From Candidatus Aldehydirespirator catecholifindens (GTDB taxonomy: Bacteria > Actinomycetota > Acidimicrobiia > Acidimicrobiales > Aldehydirespiratoraceae), in assembly GCA_028283245.1 (NCBI GenBank), contig JAPYNU010000086.1:8-64007 (forward strand): a stretch of 64,000 bases of DNA, in the 5' to 3' direction. The translations under genes and the position numbers were made by a program. Below the pieces are notes generated by a model. That model saw only the letters and a list, made by a program, of their open reading frames with translations, had not been told where the DNA came from and made no database searches. Shown here piece by piece: positions 37,662-47,061 of the stretch. The number at the start of each line of letters is the position of its first letter. The first letter of the stretch is position 1.

Positions 37662-37734
37662 GGTCGGGTAGCTCAGTTGGCAGAGCGTCCGCCTGAAAAG
37701 CGGAAGGTCCGCGGATCGACGCCGCGCCCGACCA
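37662..37734 (+). tRNA. tRNA-Phe (anticodon GAA)
   Basis: Manual cloverleaf: acceptor GGTCGGG/CCCGACC, D arm GCTC-AGTTGGCA-GAGC, anticodon arm TCCGC-CTGAAAA-GCGGA, T arm CGCGG-ATCGACG-CCGCG. The T loop starts with A rather than T. Confidence 0.88.
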
Positions 37735-37824
37735 CAACGCAACGAGACCAGCAGCGCTGCGCCTCGCATCCCTAGCCGCGGCATCCCATCCCTGCCGCGG
37801 TGATGACTTGCTTAGACTGCCGCC

Positions 37825-39171
37825 ATGACCTGTGACACGCCGGACACGTCCGCCGACCCAGACGCAGCAGGCGCGCCGCTCACGACTGCCAAACCGCCGC
37901 CAGCGCAAGAACCGGATGCCAGCAACCCGATCCACAACGCTTTCTGGACACGGCATCGCAGTGAGATCGAAGTCGACCTCCAAACACTGCGCTCAGAGCC
38001 GCTCACTTTCTTCCCCGGCTTCGCTTTCGCTGGGGCGCTAGCGGACATTCACACACCGGGTGCCTGGGTCGTCACGCGTCATGCGACGATCCTTGAGATC
38101 TCACGCAAATCTGAGATCTTCTCTTCGGCCCGGGGGGTAACCGTCAACGACCTCACTGTTGAGTTCAACGAGTACTTCAACTCAATCATCACCATGGACG
38201 ACCCGCGCCATGCCCGGCTGCGGCGGCTCGTATCGGCCGGATTCACGCCCAGGATGCTGGCACAGCTCGACGACTCGATAACCGGCCAAGCCCGGATGAT
38301 CGTCGACGAAATCTGCGAACGGGGCAGCTGCGACTTCGTCACCGACGTGGCCGCTCGCCTACCGCTGCGAATCGTGTGCGATCTCATGGGCATCCCGGCC
38401 TCGTATCACGACTTCGCGTTCGATCGGTCGAACGTGATCCTCGGCGCAGCCGACGAAGAGTACGTCCCCGACCTCGACGGCATCACCGCCATTCTCACCG
38501 CGGGCGAGGATTTGACCCGGCTCATGGACGATGTGGCCGACTCCAAAGTCGGCAGCGACGACGAGGACCTGACCAGCGTGCTTGTCAACGCCGAAGTCGA
38601 CGGCGAGCGACTGACCCGCTCCGAGCTGTCCAGCTTCTTCATCCTGCTGCTGGTGGCTGGAAACGAGACGACTCGCAACTCGATCAGCTGGGCTCTCGTC
38701 TACCTCACCGACCATCCCGATCAGCGCCGAATCTGGGCCGCCGACTTCGAGAGCGTCGCCACCACCGCAGTTGAAGAGATCGTGCGTATCGCCAGCCCGG
38801 TCACTTACATGCGCCGCACCGCGCTGCGCGACACCACCCTTGAGGGTGTCACGATCAGCGAGGGCGACATGGTGACCATGAACTACCTGAGCGCCAACCG
38901 CGACGAGTCAGTGTTCGATGATCCGCTCGCCTTTAATGTGCGTCGCGACCCGAACCCGCATGTCGGCTTCGGAGGCCCCGGCCCGCATTTCTGCCTAGGG
39001 GCGCATTTGGCACGCCGCCAGATCAAGGTGATGTACCGCGAGTTGCTCTCGCGCCTTGGCGACATAGAAGCCGTCGGCGAGCCCGAGCTGCTCTCGTCGG
39101 CGTTCATACACGGCATCAAACACCTGCCCGCCGAGTTCACTGCGTCCAAGCCTTTGGGAACAGTCGCCTAA
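37825..39171 (+). CDS. cytochrome P450 (canonical)
   Basis: I-helix LLVAGNETTRN, ExxR EEIVRIASP, haem loop FGGPGPHFCLGAHLA. Confidence 0.9.
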   Translation: MTCDTPDTSADPDAAGAPLTTAKPPPAQEPDASNPIHNAFWTRHRSEIEVDLQTLRSEPLTFFPGFAFAGALADIHTPGAWVVTRHATILEISRKSEIFSSARGVTVNDLTVEFNEYFNSIITMDDPRHARLRRLVSAGFTPRMLAQLDDSITGQARMIVDEICERGSCDFVTDVAARLPLRIVCDLMGIPASYHDFAFDRSNVILGAADEEYVPDLDGITAILTAGEDLTRLMDDVADSKVGSDDEDLTSVLVNAEVDGERLTRSELSSFFILLLVAGNETTRNSISWALVYLTDHPDQRRIWAADFESVATTAVEEIVRIASPVTYMRRTALRDTTLEGVTISEGDMVTMNYLSANRDESVFDDPLAFNVRRDPNPHVGFGGPGPHFCLGAHLARRQIKVMYRELLSRLGDIEAVGEPELLSSAFIHGIKHLPAEFTASKPLGTVA

Positions 39172-39238
39172 ACTCGTTCAGTCCCAGCTTGGTGCCAGCT
39201 TGATGTCTAGGTGCTTAGGTGTCTTAGTGTCTAGGTTT

Positions 39239-40339
39239 TTAATTGGAGCGCAGCGCCTCGCCGGTCTGTTGGTCAAAGATGTGAACGGCGCTGACATCGA
39301 AGCCGATACCAACAGTTGCCTTAGGTGGCGGTGCTCCAGCAGGATCGACAGTGGCTACGAAAGCGCTGTCATCGCCAGCGAGGACTTTGACATCAATGTC
39401 TAGATGGACTTGTGCCTCTTTGCCGAGGTGCTCAACCAGCGCTACCTCACCCGCGATCAAAGCGTTGGGGCTGTCGGCCTCAACAATCTGGACGTGTTCA
39501 GGCCTAGCACCCAACAACACGTCGCCGTTGGGTAAGGCACGATCGGCTTGCGAATCTGCCAGCACACGCCCTCCGACACTCAAGGTACCGCTTTTCGCAG
39601 AGGCCTGTAAGAGGTTCATCGTCGGCGCGCCGATGAACCTAGCGACGAAAACGTTGGCTGGCCGCTCGTAAAGTTCGGCCGGGGCTGCCACCTGCTGCAC
39701 AACACCGCGGTCAAGCACGACCACCCGGTCACCCATCGTCATGGCTTCAGTCTGGTCGTGGGTGACGTAGATGGTGGTCGCGGCTAAGGCTTTCTGAAGA
39801 CGAGAAATCTCGGCTCGCATCTCCACCCGAAGCTTGGCATCAAGATTTGAAAGCGGCTCGTCCATCAGGAACACCGCAGGATCGCGCACTATGGCTCGAC
39901 CCATCGCCACCCTCTGTCGCTGGCCGCCAGATAACTCACCGGGACGACGCTCTAAGAACTCCTCAAGCCCTAAGAGTCGGGCCGCTTCAGCCACCTTCGG
40001 TCGTCTCTCAGCCTTTGAGGTGCCTCGAATGCGCAACCCGAAGCCGATGTTCTCAGCCACTGTAAGGTGCGGAAACAGCGCATAGTTCTGAAACACCATG
40101 GCGATGTTGCGGTCACCGGGGCTGACGCTAGAGATGTCGGCCCTGTCAAGAAGGACGCGCCCCTCAGTGGCAGATTCAAGCCCTGCCACTATCCGCAGCA
40201 ACGTGGTCTTGCCGCAGCCGCTCGGACCGACAAGAACGATGAACTCGCCCTCGGCTATGTCCAAGCTCACCGTTGACAGCGCCTCGGGGCTGTCAACGTC
40301 GAAACGCTTCGATATCGCTTCCAGAGTCACTGATGCCAT
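39239..40339 (-). CDS. sugar ABC transporter ATP-binding protein (MalK/UgpC-like)
   Basis: Walker A GPSGCGKTT, signature LSGGQRQR, Walker B FLMDEPLSNLD, and a C-terminal TOBE-like regulatory domain. Confidence 0.9.
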   Translation of the reverse strand: MASVTLEAISKRFDVDSPEALSTVSLDIAEGEFIVLVGPSGCGKTTLLRIVAGLESATEGRVLLDRADISSVSPGDRNIAMVFQNYALFPHLTVAENIGFGLRIRGTSKAERRPKVAEAARLLGLEEFLERRPGELSGGQRQRVAMGRAIVRDPAVFLMDEPLSNLDAKLRVEMRAEISRLQKALAATTIYVTHDQTEAMTMGDRVVVLDRGVVQQVAAPAELYERPANVFVARFIGAPTMNLLQASAKSGTLSVGGRVLADSQADRALPNGDVLLGARPEHVQIVEADSPNALIAGEVALVEHLGKEAQVHLDIDVKVLAGDDSAFVATVDPAGAPPPKATVGIGFDVSAVHIFDQQTGEALRSN

Positions 40340-40354
40340 AGCACCCTCCTAGTC

Positions 40355-41227
40355 CTACTTCGAGGCTCCAACCGTGAGGCCCTCAATGATTCGACGCGAC
40401 ATCCAGGCATATAGCACCATTAGCGGCAACAACATAATGACGACCGCCGCGAACAGGCCGACCCAGTTTGAGGTGTATCTCATGGCACCATAAGTGTTGA
40501 GGAGCCCCACTCCGAGCGTTCTCTTGTCTTCATCGAAGGTGAGCGTCAAAGCCAGCAGAAACTCGTTCCACAGGCCGACAGCCACGATGATCGAAGTTGC
40601 GACCATGCCCGGTCTCGCCAAGGGCAGCATCACCGACACGAAAACCCGCACCGGTCCGGCACCCTCCATAGTCGCGGCCTCTTCCAGTTCGGTCGGCAGC
40701 GACCTGAAGAAGCCTGTCATCAAGAAGACCGCAAACGGAACTGATACACCTACATAAGCAAGGGTTAGACCGAACAGGCTGTTGGACAGCCCCGTGTCTG
40801 AGAGACCAATGAACAGAGGAATGATGATCGAATGCACCGGAACGCTTATCCCGAGCGCGAAAAACGCAGTGAGTGCATTCGCACCCCAGAAGCGGATGCG
40901 GCTCAACGCATAAGCAGCCGGAGCTGCCAAAGCCATCGTCACGAAGGTCCCAATTCCTACGGTCAGCAGCGTGTTCAACGATGTGCGAGTTAGGTTGAGC
41001 AGGTCCCAGGCATCGCCGAAATTCCCTAAGTTGAGGCTTCTTGGAGGAGCAAAGAGTTCTTGGAACACTGTGTCGTTGCGTTTGAAGGCCGCGACCACAA
41101 TCCACATAAGAATCGCAAAACTGAACAGCACCCACCACCACACGAAGACATTCCCTGCGACGCGCGTCAACATGCGCCGCGCCTCCATCAACGGCTTGGC
41201 TGCAAATCGCCCAGACACTTCAGACAT
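40355..41227 (-). CDS. carbohydrate ABC transporter permease
   Basis: EAA loop ELEEAATMEGAGPVRVFVSVMLPLARPG. Start taken at MSEVSGRF (41227), directly after the upstream permease stop; the track ORF extends to 41392. Confidence 0.85.
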   Translation of the reverse strand: MSEVSGRFAAKPLMEARRMLTRVAGNVFVWWWVLFSFAILMWIVVAAFKRNDTVFQELFAPPRSLNLGNFGDAWDLLNLTRTSLNTLLTVGIGTFVTMALAAPAAYALSRIRFWGANALTAFFALGISVPVHSIIIPLFIGLSDTGLSNSLFGLTLAYVGVSVPFAVFLMTGFFRSLPTELEEAATMEGAGPVRVFVSVMLPLARPGMVATSIIVAVGLWNEFLLALTLTFDEDKRTLGVGLLNTYGAMRYTSNWVGLFAAVVIMLLPLMVLYAWMSRRIIEGLTVGASK

Positions 41228-41229
41228 GG

Positions 41230-42174
41230 TCAGAACTCCACAACTGCTCGTCGCATGATGCGTCGTGTCAGCACGATCAGCACTCCCACGAGAGCCACCA
41301 TCATGACTGCGATGGCGCTGCCTTGACCTAGTGCGTAGATCGGGCTGCGGTTGCCGAGAGCTACCACATATAAGTGAACTGGTAGTGTCCACGAAGCCAC
41401 AGAAGGATCGGTGCCTGCACCGCCGAGCGCGTATATGAACTCAAAGGTCTTGATCGCAACTATCACCCACAACACTGCGGCCACACTGAGCACGTCCCAC
41501 GTCAGCGGGATAGTCACGCGGGTGAGTTTCTGCCGCGGCGAGGCACCCTCAAGATCGGCTGCCTCGTAGTAGTAGGCCGGAATGCGGTCCACTCCGGCCA
41601 TCAAAATGGTGGTGAACAGACCTGTGTAGATCCATACCAAGCCTGCGACGATGGACGTGAAAATGAGGTCGGGTCCCAGCCACGTTTGGGTAATCGCCGA
41701 CAATCCAACAGCATCAAGAGACCCGTTCAACAGCCCGTTGCGGGGTGCCAGTAGCACGCCCCAAGCGATAGCCAGCGCCACCGGCGGGACCACGTTTGGA
41801 AAGAAGATCACCGCGCGGATGAACCGTTTCGCCCGCATCTCTCGAATCAACATGGTGAACATGAACCCGCAGACGAACACTGCTGCGCCACCAGCCACGA
41901 GAACTAAAAGCGTCCGCTCAAAAGAATCCCGGAAGACTTCGTTACGCCACAGTTGCGAGTAGTTGTCGATCCCCACCCACTGGGCTTCGTCGCCGATCCC
42001 TTTCCATTTGGTGAAGCTGATCCACAGAGTTCCGATAGCGGGAGCAACGATGATTAGAAGATAGATGGCCAAGGCCGGAGCGATAAAAGCAGCGGCGAGG
42101 CGACCGGACTTGCCGCGCAGCGAAATGCGCGGCCAGTCAAGCAGCGGTTTCGTGCTGGCTCCAGCCTTGGCCAT
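41230..42174 (-). CDS. carbohydrate ABC transporter permease
   Basis: EAA loop YYEAADLEGASPRQKLTRVTIPL, six TM segments. Confidence 0.85.
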   Translation of the reverse strand: MAKAGASTKPLLDWPRISLRGKSGRLAAAFIAPALAIYLLIIVAPAIGTLWISFTKWKGIGDEAQWVGIDNYSQLWRNEVFRDSFERTLLVLVAGGAAVFVCGFMFTMLIREMRAKRFIRAVIFFPNVVPPVALAIAWGVLLAPRNGLLNGSLDAVGLSAITQTWLGPDLIFTSIVAGLVWIYTGLFTTILMAGVDRIPAYYYEAADLEGASPRQKLTRVTIPLTWDVLSVAAVLWVIVAIKTFEFIYALGGAGTDPSVASWTLPVHLYVVALGNRSPIYALGQGSAIAVMMVALVGVLIVLTRRIMRRAVVEF

Positions 42175-42221
42175 CGGTGTAGCGGACTAGTTTCGCTAGC
42201 CGCTTTGAGGAACTTTCTGCA

Positions 42222-43886
42222 CTACTGGTTAGCCCAGAATTCTGCGGTGTTGTCCGCGATGCGATCAATGAATTCATCGCCGCTGATCTGTCCGAAGAAG
42301 AGTTGGTCGCTTACAGGCAAAAACACCGTCGACCAGTACTCAGGGAAGTCGCCAGGCACTCCGTCATAGGGGCGATGCACCTCGGGATTAGACGCAAAGA
42401 TCGCAGCCGCGTCCGTGATATCTGGCGGCACGCCGATATCGCTTCTGGGTGTGAGATTCTTGGCGACTAAAGCAATGCCAGCCAAGCGGTCTCGCTGCAC
42501 TGCGTAAGCAATGAACTGCTTAGCCACCTCGGGATTGGCGGAGGCAGTCGGGATAGCCCAACCGATCTGGTAGAGCTCAGCGGAGTCGTAACCGCTTTCG
42601 ACGGTTGGGAACGAAAGCATCCGGTATTCGAATTCCGAAGGCGTGTAACTCGAAGTTTCATCGGCCAGCCAAGTCCCGTTGATGTTGAACGTCCCATCAC
42701 CAGCGGCCCATGCCTGCTGCGAAATCGGCCAATTGCTTCCCTCATAGCCGTCGGCCATAGCCCCCGACTCAACTAGTTCTACCAAGTCAGCGACAGCTTC
42801 TTGGATCGGCGCAGAACGCCAGCCTTCACCGGTCGGATCTGATGCCGCGTTGTGGAACGTGCCGGGACCGCCGTGGCGTACCATCAGCCAGTACAGCCAG
42901 TAGGCGTTGTAGAAGTTGACGAGCCCATCGTGTTGGACGGAGTTGTCACCAGTGGATGTAGCGACTGTGATGAATTCGTCCCAAGTGGCGGGAGGGTCAA
43001 TCCCGAACTCGGCTAGACGCGCGCCGTTGTAGTGAATTCCCGAAGAGATGATCTCATAAGGAATCATGTAAGGCTCGCCGTTGATGGCATATACATCAAG
43101 GAACTCCGACGGGATTACCTCTCCGACCGTGGCATCCTCACCTGGGATAGACATATCAAGCACATCTGCGAGCGAGATCGTTTCTCCTGTGTTGACCAGC
43201 GCTCCGATCCCAGCTTCGCCATCCAGATCGACAAGATCGACCGAATCGCCAGCCGAGACAGCGGCTCTGACAGTCGTGAGCACATCACGTCCTGACCACT
43301 GCACATCCACAGTGTGACCGGTGGCCGCCTCAAAGGACTCAATCATTCCTTTCAGCACCAACTGCTGGGACTCGCCTTCACGCCACATCGAAAAATAATT
43401 GATCGTCTGCGGATCCGACGAGAGCATCGACATTTCAGCCATTTCAGCCATCTCAGCAGCTTCAGCCGCTGCTGCAGCCGCCTCAGCTCGAGCGGCTTCG
43501 GCCTCAGCTGCGGCCGCCTCAGCCTCAGCCTGGGCCTCAGCCAGCGCAGCCTGCGCTGCAGCTTGCTGCTCAGCGCCAGCGGAAGCTGCGGCCGCCTCAG
43601 CTTCCGCAAGCTTCTCCGCAGCTTGTGCCGCTTCGGCCTGAGCTTGCTCAGCATCAGCCTCAGCCTGCGCGGCAGCGGCTTGAGCCTCCTCTGCAACAGC
43701 CTGCGACGCAGCAGCTTGTGCCTCGGCTTCGGCTCGGGCCGCTTCAGCTTCAGCCGCTGCGTCGACACTCGACTCATCTGACTCGTCGTCGCCGCAAGCA
43801 CCAGCTACCAGCACTGTTACAGCCAACACGGCCAAAAGTCGCCCGAGCGTCCCGCGTCTGCGCTTCCTCGCCATTCGTGATTTCAT
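42222..43886 (-). CDS. extracellular solute-binding lipoprotein (sugar ABC) with long Ala/Glu/Gln-rich linker
   Basis: Signal peptide with lipobox LVAGAC (Cys31). About 123 aa of low-complexity A/E/Q sequence, then a family-1 SBP-like domain. First transporter gene in the operon. Confidence 0.8.
   Translation of the reverse strand: MKSRMARKRRRGTLGRLLAVLAVTVLVAGACGDDESDESSVDAAAEAEAARAEAEAQAAASQAVAEEAQAAAAQAEADAEQAQAEAAQAAEKLAEAEAAAASAGAEQQAAAQAALAEAQAEAEAAAAEAEAARAEAAAAAAEAAEMAEMAEMSMLSSDPQTINYFSMWREGESQQLVLKGMIESFEAATGHTVDVQWSGRDVLTTVRAAVSAGDSVDLVDLDGEAGIGALVNTGETISLADVLDMSIPGEDATVGEVIPSEFLDVYAINGEPYMIPYEIISSGIHYNGARLAEFGIDPPATWDEFITVATSTGDNSVQHDGLVNFYNAYWLYWLMVRHGGPGTFHNAASDPTGEGWRSAPIQEAVADLVELVESGAMADGYEGSNWPISQQAWAAGDGTFNINGTWLADETSSYTPSEFEYRMLSFPTVESGYDSAELYQIGWAIPTASANPEVAKQFIAYAVQRDRLAGIALVAKNLTPRSDIGVPPDITDAAAIFASNPEVHRPYDGVPGDFPEYWSTVFLPVSDQLFFGQISGDEFIDRIADNTAEFWANQ
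43425..43793 (-). repeat. Low-complexity GC-rich coding repeat (gcN/gaR/caR codons) encoding the A/E/Q linker
   Basis: Direct reading. This region is also open in several other frames on both strands (spurious track ORFs 43314..43781, 43352..43801, 43399..43641, 43625..43918). Confidence 0.85.
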
Positions 43887-43959
43887 GGTTTTGTTTTCCT
43901 CTCTCTAGGGACACGTAAAGGGGTTTGCCCTGTACGAACATTGTTAGAAAGCAAAGAAG

Positions 43960-44826
43960 TCATCTCAGGATTACTGACCTCTCCAAGTGCCTGGGGTTGT
44001 CGGGATCGTTGTCGCTCGCTTCAGCTAGGTGCAGACCTAGGCGCTGAACCTCCACCAGCGCAGCCACTGGATCGCAGTCAGGCCAGTGAACGGTCGCACC
44101 CGTTGAGGCGACAGCATCTATTAGGGGCTCATCGCGTGCCCCAAATCCCCAAACGAGAGTTTCGGCACCAGCAGCGGAGATCGGGCCGTGCCGGTATTCC
44201 ATGGCCGGGTACGACTCTGCTCTAGCGTGAGCCATCTCCCGCAATTTGAGGGCTGCCTCGTTCGCAATTCCGTAAGTCCAGCCAGCACCAACGAACACGA
44301 AAAGCGACTTTCCGTCTACAACATCTGCGGGCAGTCCAGCAGCCCGTCTAGCCCCGTCATCCAGTGAACGGTGAATCGTGTAGTCAACGCTGGCCAGCAG
44401 CACCAAGAGAGCGGTCGTGGCAAAACGAGTCTGCACAACCGACTGCTCATCGGCAAAAGGAATCGCCAGCGTTACATCAACCTCATGGGCAATCGGGCTC
44501 TCCTCAGATGCGGTGAGCGCGATCTTCTTGCCAGCGCCCGATGCTTGGGCGACATCAATCACTTCGGTGGTAGTGCCCGACCGGGACAGCGCTATCAGAA
44601 AATCCCAGTCGCGTGACGGGGCCAGTGAAGCTGCAAACGCATCAGTCGTGCCGTGACCCGACTGCTCCCTGTAAGAAGCATAAGATTGAGCTATATATAA
44701 TGAAGTTCCACACCCTATGATGCCTACTCGTGTACCTGATCCAGGTAGTTGACCTGCGATTCTCAGTACATCGGGGTGTGCCCAGATTTCTGGCTGGCTG
44801 TCGATTTCTGCACGAGTATTAGTCAT
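43960..44826 (-). CDS. SIS-domain sugar-phosphate isomerase/deaminase (AgaS / GlmS-C-terminal-like)
   Basis: SIS motif VGIIGCGTSLYIAQSY and a second SIS half. Start taken at MTNTRAEIDSQPEIW; the track ORF extends to 44925 through AT-rich sequence. Confidence 0.8.
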   Translation of the reverse strand: MTNTRAEIDSQPEIWAHPDVLRIAGQLPGSGTRVGIIGCGTSLYIAQSYASYREQSGHGTTDAFAASLAPSRDWDFLIALSRSGTTTEVIDVAQASGAGKKIALTASEESPIAHEVDVTLAIPFADEQSVVQTRFATTALLVLLASVDYTIHRSLDDGARRAAGLPADVVDGKSLFVFVGAGWTYGIANEAALKLREMAHARAESYPAMEYRHGPISAAGAETLVWGFGARDEPLIDAVASTGATVHWPDCDPVAALVEVQRLGLHLAEASDNDPDNPRHLERSVILR

Positions 44827-45180
44827 TTCGATCACTGTATGAACAGAATCGTTTAATGTCAAGCTCAAACGCTCAATTATTAAAAAATTGGAGCGGGCAT
44901 GATCTACAGACTCCACCACCGCCATCGACTAGGCATAGGTGCTACGCCAGATGACAGCGCAAGCGCAGCAAACTAAAGCAGATGGCGTGCGTCCACAGAC
45001 TCCTTGACTTGGCTGCTTTTCGCATAAGGAGACAAGAAATCCGGCTCGCTGAGGCTTACGCTGCGTTTTGCATAGCCCCGACGTGGCCGTAGTGTGACCA
45101 ATCGTGGACACACAAGAGTGGCCCCGTTACAGCCAGAAAAAGCCTGTTGAGATCATGCCACCAACAAGGGAATCCCGTAT

Positions 45181-45933
45181 ATGAAGGGTGTGCGTCAGCG
45201 GGCTCTGCAAGCTTTGTTGCGAGAGCACGGGCAGATGACTGTGAGACAACTCGCCGAGAGTCTCAAGGTGAGCGAAGCCACCATACGACGCGATCTCCGC
45301 GAGTTGAGCGGCGCTTCTGGGATTGAACGCATGCACGGAGGCGTGACCTTCAGCAACGACAGTGAACCGCCAGTGATCGCACGCCGACGCCAGAACGCTG
45401 AGATCAAGATGGCGCTGGCCAGACGAGCCGCTGAGGAGATCTATCTTGGCGCAACAATATTCATCGGCAGTGGCTCCACCATGACCTGCCTTGCCGAATG
45501 CCTTCGTGGCGACCTTGAACTGACTGTCATAACTAACGCTCACAACATTGCGTCGGAGCTTGCCGCTACCACAGGCATCAACATAGTGATGACGGGCGGC
45601 GCTTTCCGCAAAGGTGAAATGTCGCTGATCGGTCCGATCACTGAGAGCAGTCTCAGGCAGCTTCCTTTTGAAGTTGCGTTCATAAGCGCGCAGGGCCTCT
45701 CGGCCGACCTGGGACTGTCCAACGCGTTCGCTCCTGAGGCCACCACTGATCGCGTTGTGGTGGAGTTGGCACCCCGGCTGGTGGTAGTGGCCGAGGCCTA
45801 CAAACTTGGGCGCGCCGCACCCATCTCTATTGGTGCTGCATCCGCGGTTGATCTGCTAGTCACTGATGCAGAGCCCGAGAACGAAGAACTCCGTCAGCTC
45901 CAGTCTCTGGGTGTCTCGGTTGTGCATCCATAG
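45181..45933 (+). CDS. DeoR-family transcriptional regulator
   Basis: N-terminal HTH MTVRQLAESLKVSEATIRRDLRELS and a C-terminal DeoR sugar-phosphate sensor domain. Confidence 0.9.
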   Translation: MKGVRQRALQALLREHGQMTVRQLAESLKVSEATIRRDLRELSGASGIERMHGGVTFSNDSEPPVIARRRQNAEIKMALARRAAEEIYLGATIFIGSGSTMTCLAECLRGDLELTVITNAHNIASELAATTGINIVMTGGAFRKGEMSLIGPITESSLRQLPFEVAFISAQGLSADLGLSNAFAPEATTDRVVVELAPRLVVVAEAYKLGRAAPISIGAASAVDLLVTDAEPENEELRQLQSLGVSVVHP

Positions 45934-46084
45934 TCAAGTCCCCAAAGTCCCCTTTAGCCACCCGAATTGTTCTATAAGGGGTCAAGCAAGGCACCACAAC
46001 GCTGTGCTTAAATCACTAGTTCTAAACAGCTACACGCCAACCTCATGGGGGGTGCTCCCAGCGCCGCTACAATTACGGTCGGAT

Positions 46085-47023
46085 ATGAGCACAAACGTGC
46101 ATATGTGTGCAGTACGGAAGCCGTTTTGTATGATGGCATTTGATCATCGCAACAGTTTTGAGCGCGATCTTGATCGAATAGGTGCTCTCTCAAACTCAGC
46201 ACGACGCGCGGAACTCAAGTTGATGATCTGGCAGTCCGTTCGAGAAACCCTGCCGCGCTTGCCAACCGAGGCCTCAGCTGCGGTACTGGTTGACCACAGC
46301 CATGACCGTGTCGTGTCGGAGGCGGTCGCTGCTGGGGTGACCATAGCAATCGCTCTTGAGGCATCTGGACAGCGGGCACTGATACCTGATGCAACACCTG
46401 CAGTCCTCAGCCGAGACCTGCGGGCCACTAACGGTGGGCTCGGCAAGGTGTTGATTCGCTGGTTTCCTGACGACGCTGCAAGCGAAAGGCAGCAGCGGCT
46501 CGCCGAACTCCGCCAACTTGATCAGCTTGTCTCTGATGCAGGCAGCGATCTGCTGCTTGAATTGCTGGTGCCACCAGCCGACGGTGAGGCCTTGAACCCT
46601 TCCGCTAGACAGCGTTGGGAAGAGACCGTGCTGCCCATCCGTCAGCGTGAAGCGGTTGATGAAATCCTTAACTATGGCTTGGCGCCAGCAGTCTGGAAGA
46701 TCGAAGGCCATCCTGATTCTGATGCTGCCACCGACCTGTCAAACCTTGTTGGATCGGCTCGGCCCGATGCCTCTATTTTGGTGCTCGGTGGAGGCGCGAA
46801 GATCGGCGACCTGCGCCGAATCTTCTCTGGTGGTGCTCACATCGGCCGCTTTGCAGGCTTTGCGGTGGGTAGATCCATCTGGTGGCAGCCCGTGGCAGCG
46901 TTGTGCTTAGAACAGGTTGACGAATCAAGCGCTCGTCGTGCCATTAGCGACAACTTCTTGGCCGTCTTGGACATATTCAACTCCGCCACTCATGCGACAC
47001 GCCAGACCAAGCAATACAGCTGA
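46085..47023 (+). CDS. class I aldolase-like protein (DUF2090 / tagatose-bisphosphate-aldolase-like)
   Basis: MMAFDHRNSFERDL N-terminal motif typical of this aldolase-like fold, in a sugar-locus context. The start is uncertain (ATGs at 46085, 46103 and 46130). Confidence 0.55.
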   Translation: MSTNVHMCAVRKPFCMMAFDHRNSFERDLDRIGALSNSARRAELKLMIWQSVRETLPRLPTEASAAVLVDHSHDRVVSEAVAAGVTIAIALEASGQRALIPDATPAVLSRDLRATNGGLGKVLIRWFPDDAASERQQRLAELRQLDQLVSDAGSDLLLELLVPPADGEALNPSARQRWEETVLPIRQREAVDEILNYGLAPAVWKIEGHPDSDAATDLSNLVGSARPDASILVLGGGAKIGDLRRIFSGGAHIGRFAGFAVGRSIWWQPVAALCLEQVDESSARRAISDNFLAVLDIFNSATHATRQTKQYS

Positions 47024-47061
47024 TCTGGTGCCGGGAAAACCGTTGTAGGAAGCCCAGAAGC

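Noticed and set aside
37825-39171. Second P450 as part of the defence/accessory island
   Set aside because: It lies beyond the tRNA cluster, has host-like composition and fully canonical motifs, and shows no coupling to the island genes.
40355-41392. N-terminal extensions of track ORFs: permease to 41392, SIS to 44925, aldolase-like from 45866, dnaK to 63123, orn from 1975, MBL from 2462, DUF2017 from 19928
   Set aside because: The extensions overlap the upstream gene or run through non-coding-looking sequence. Internal starts restore family-typical N-termini, and dnaK also gains an AGGAGG RBS.
43314-43918. Four overlapping ORFs in other frames and on both strands across the SBP linker repeat
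   Set aside because: They are generated by the gcN/gaR/caR low-complexity repeat. Only the minus-strand SBP frame has a signal peptide, a lipobox and a folded domain.
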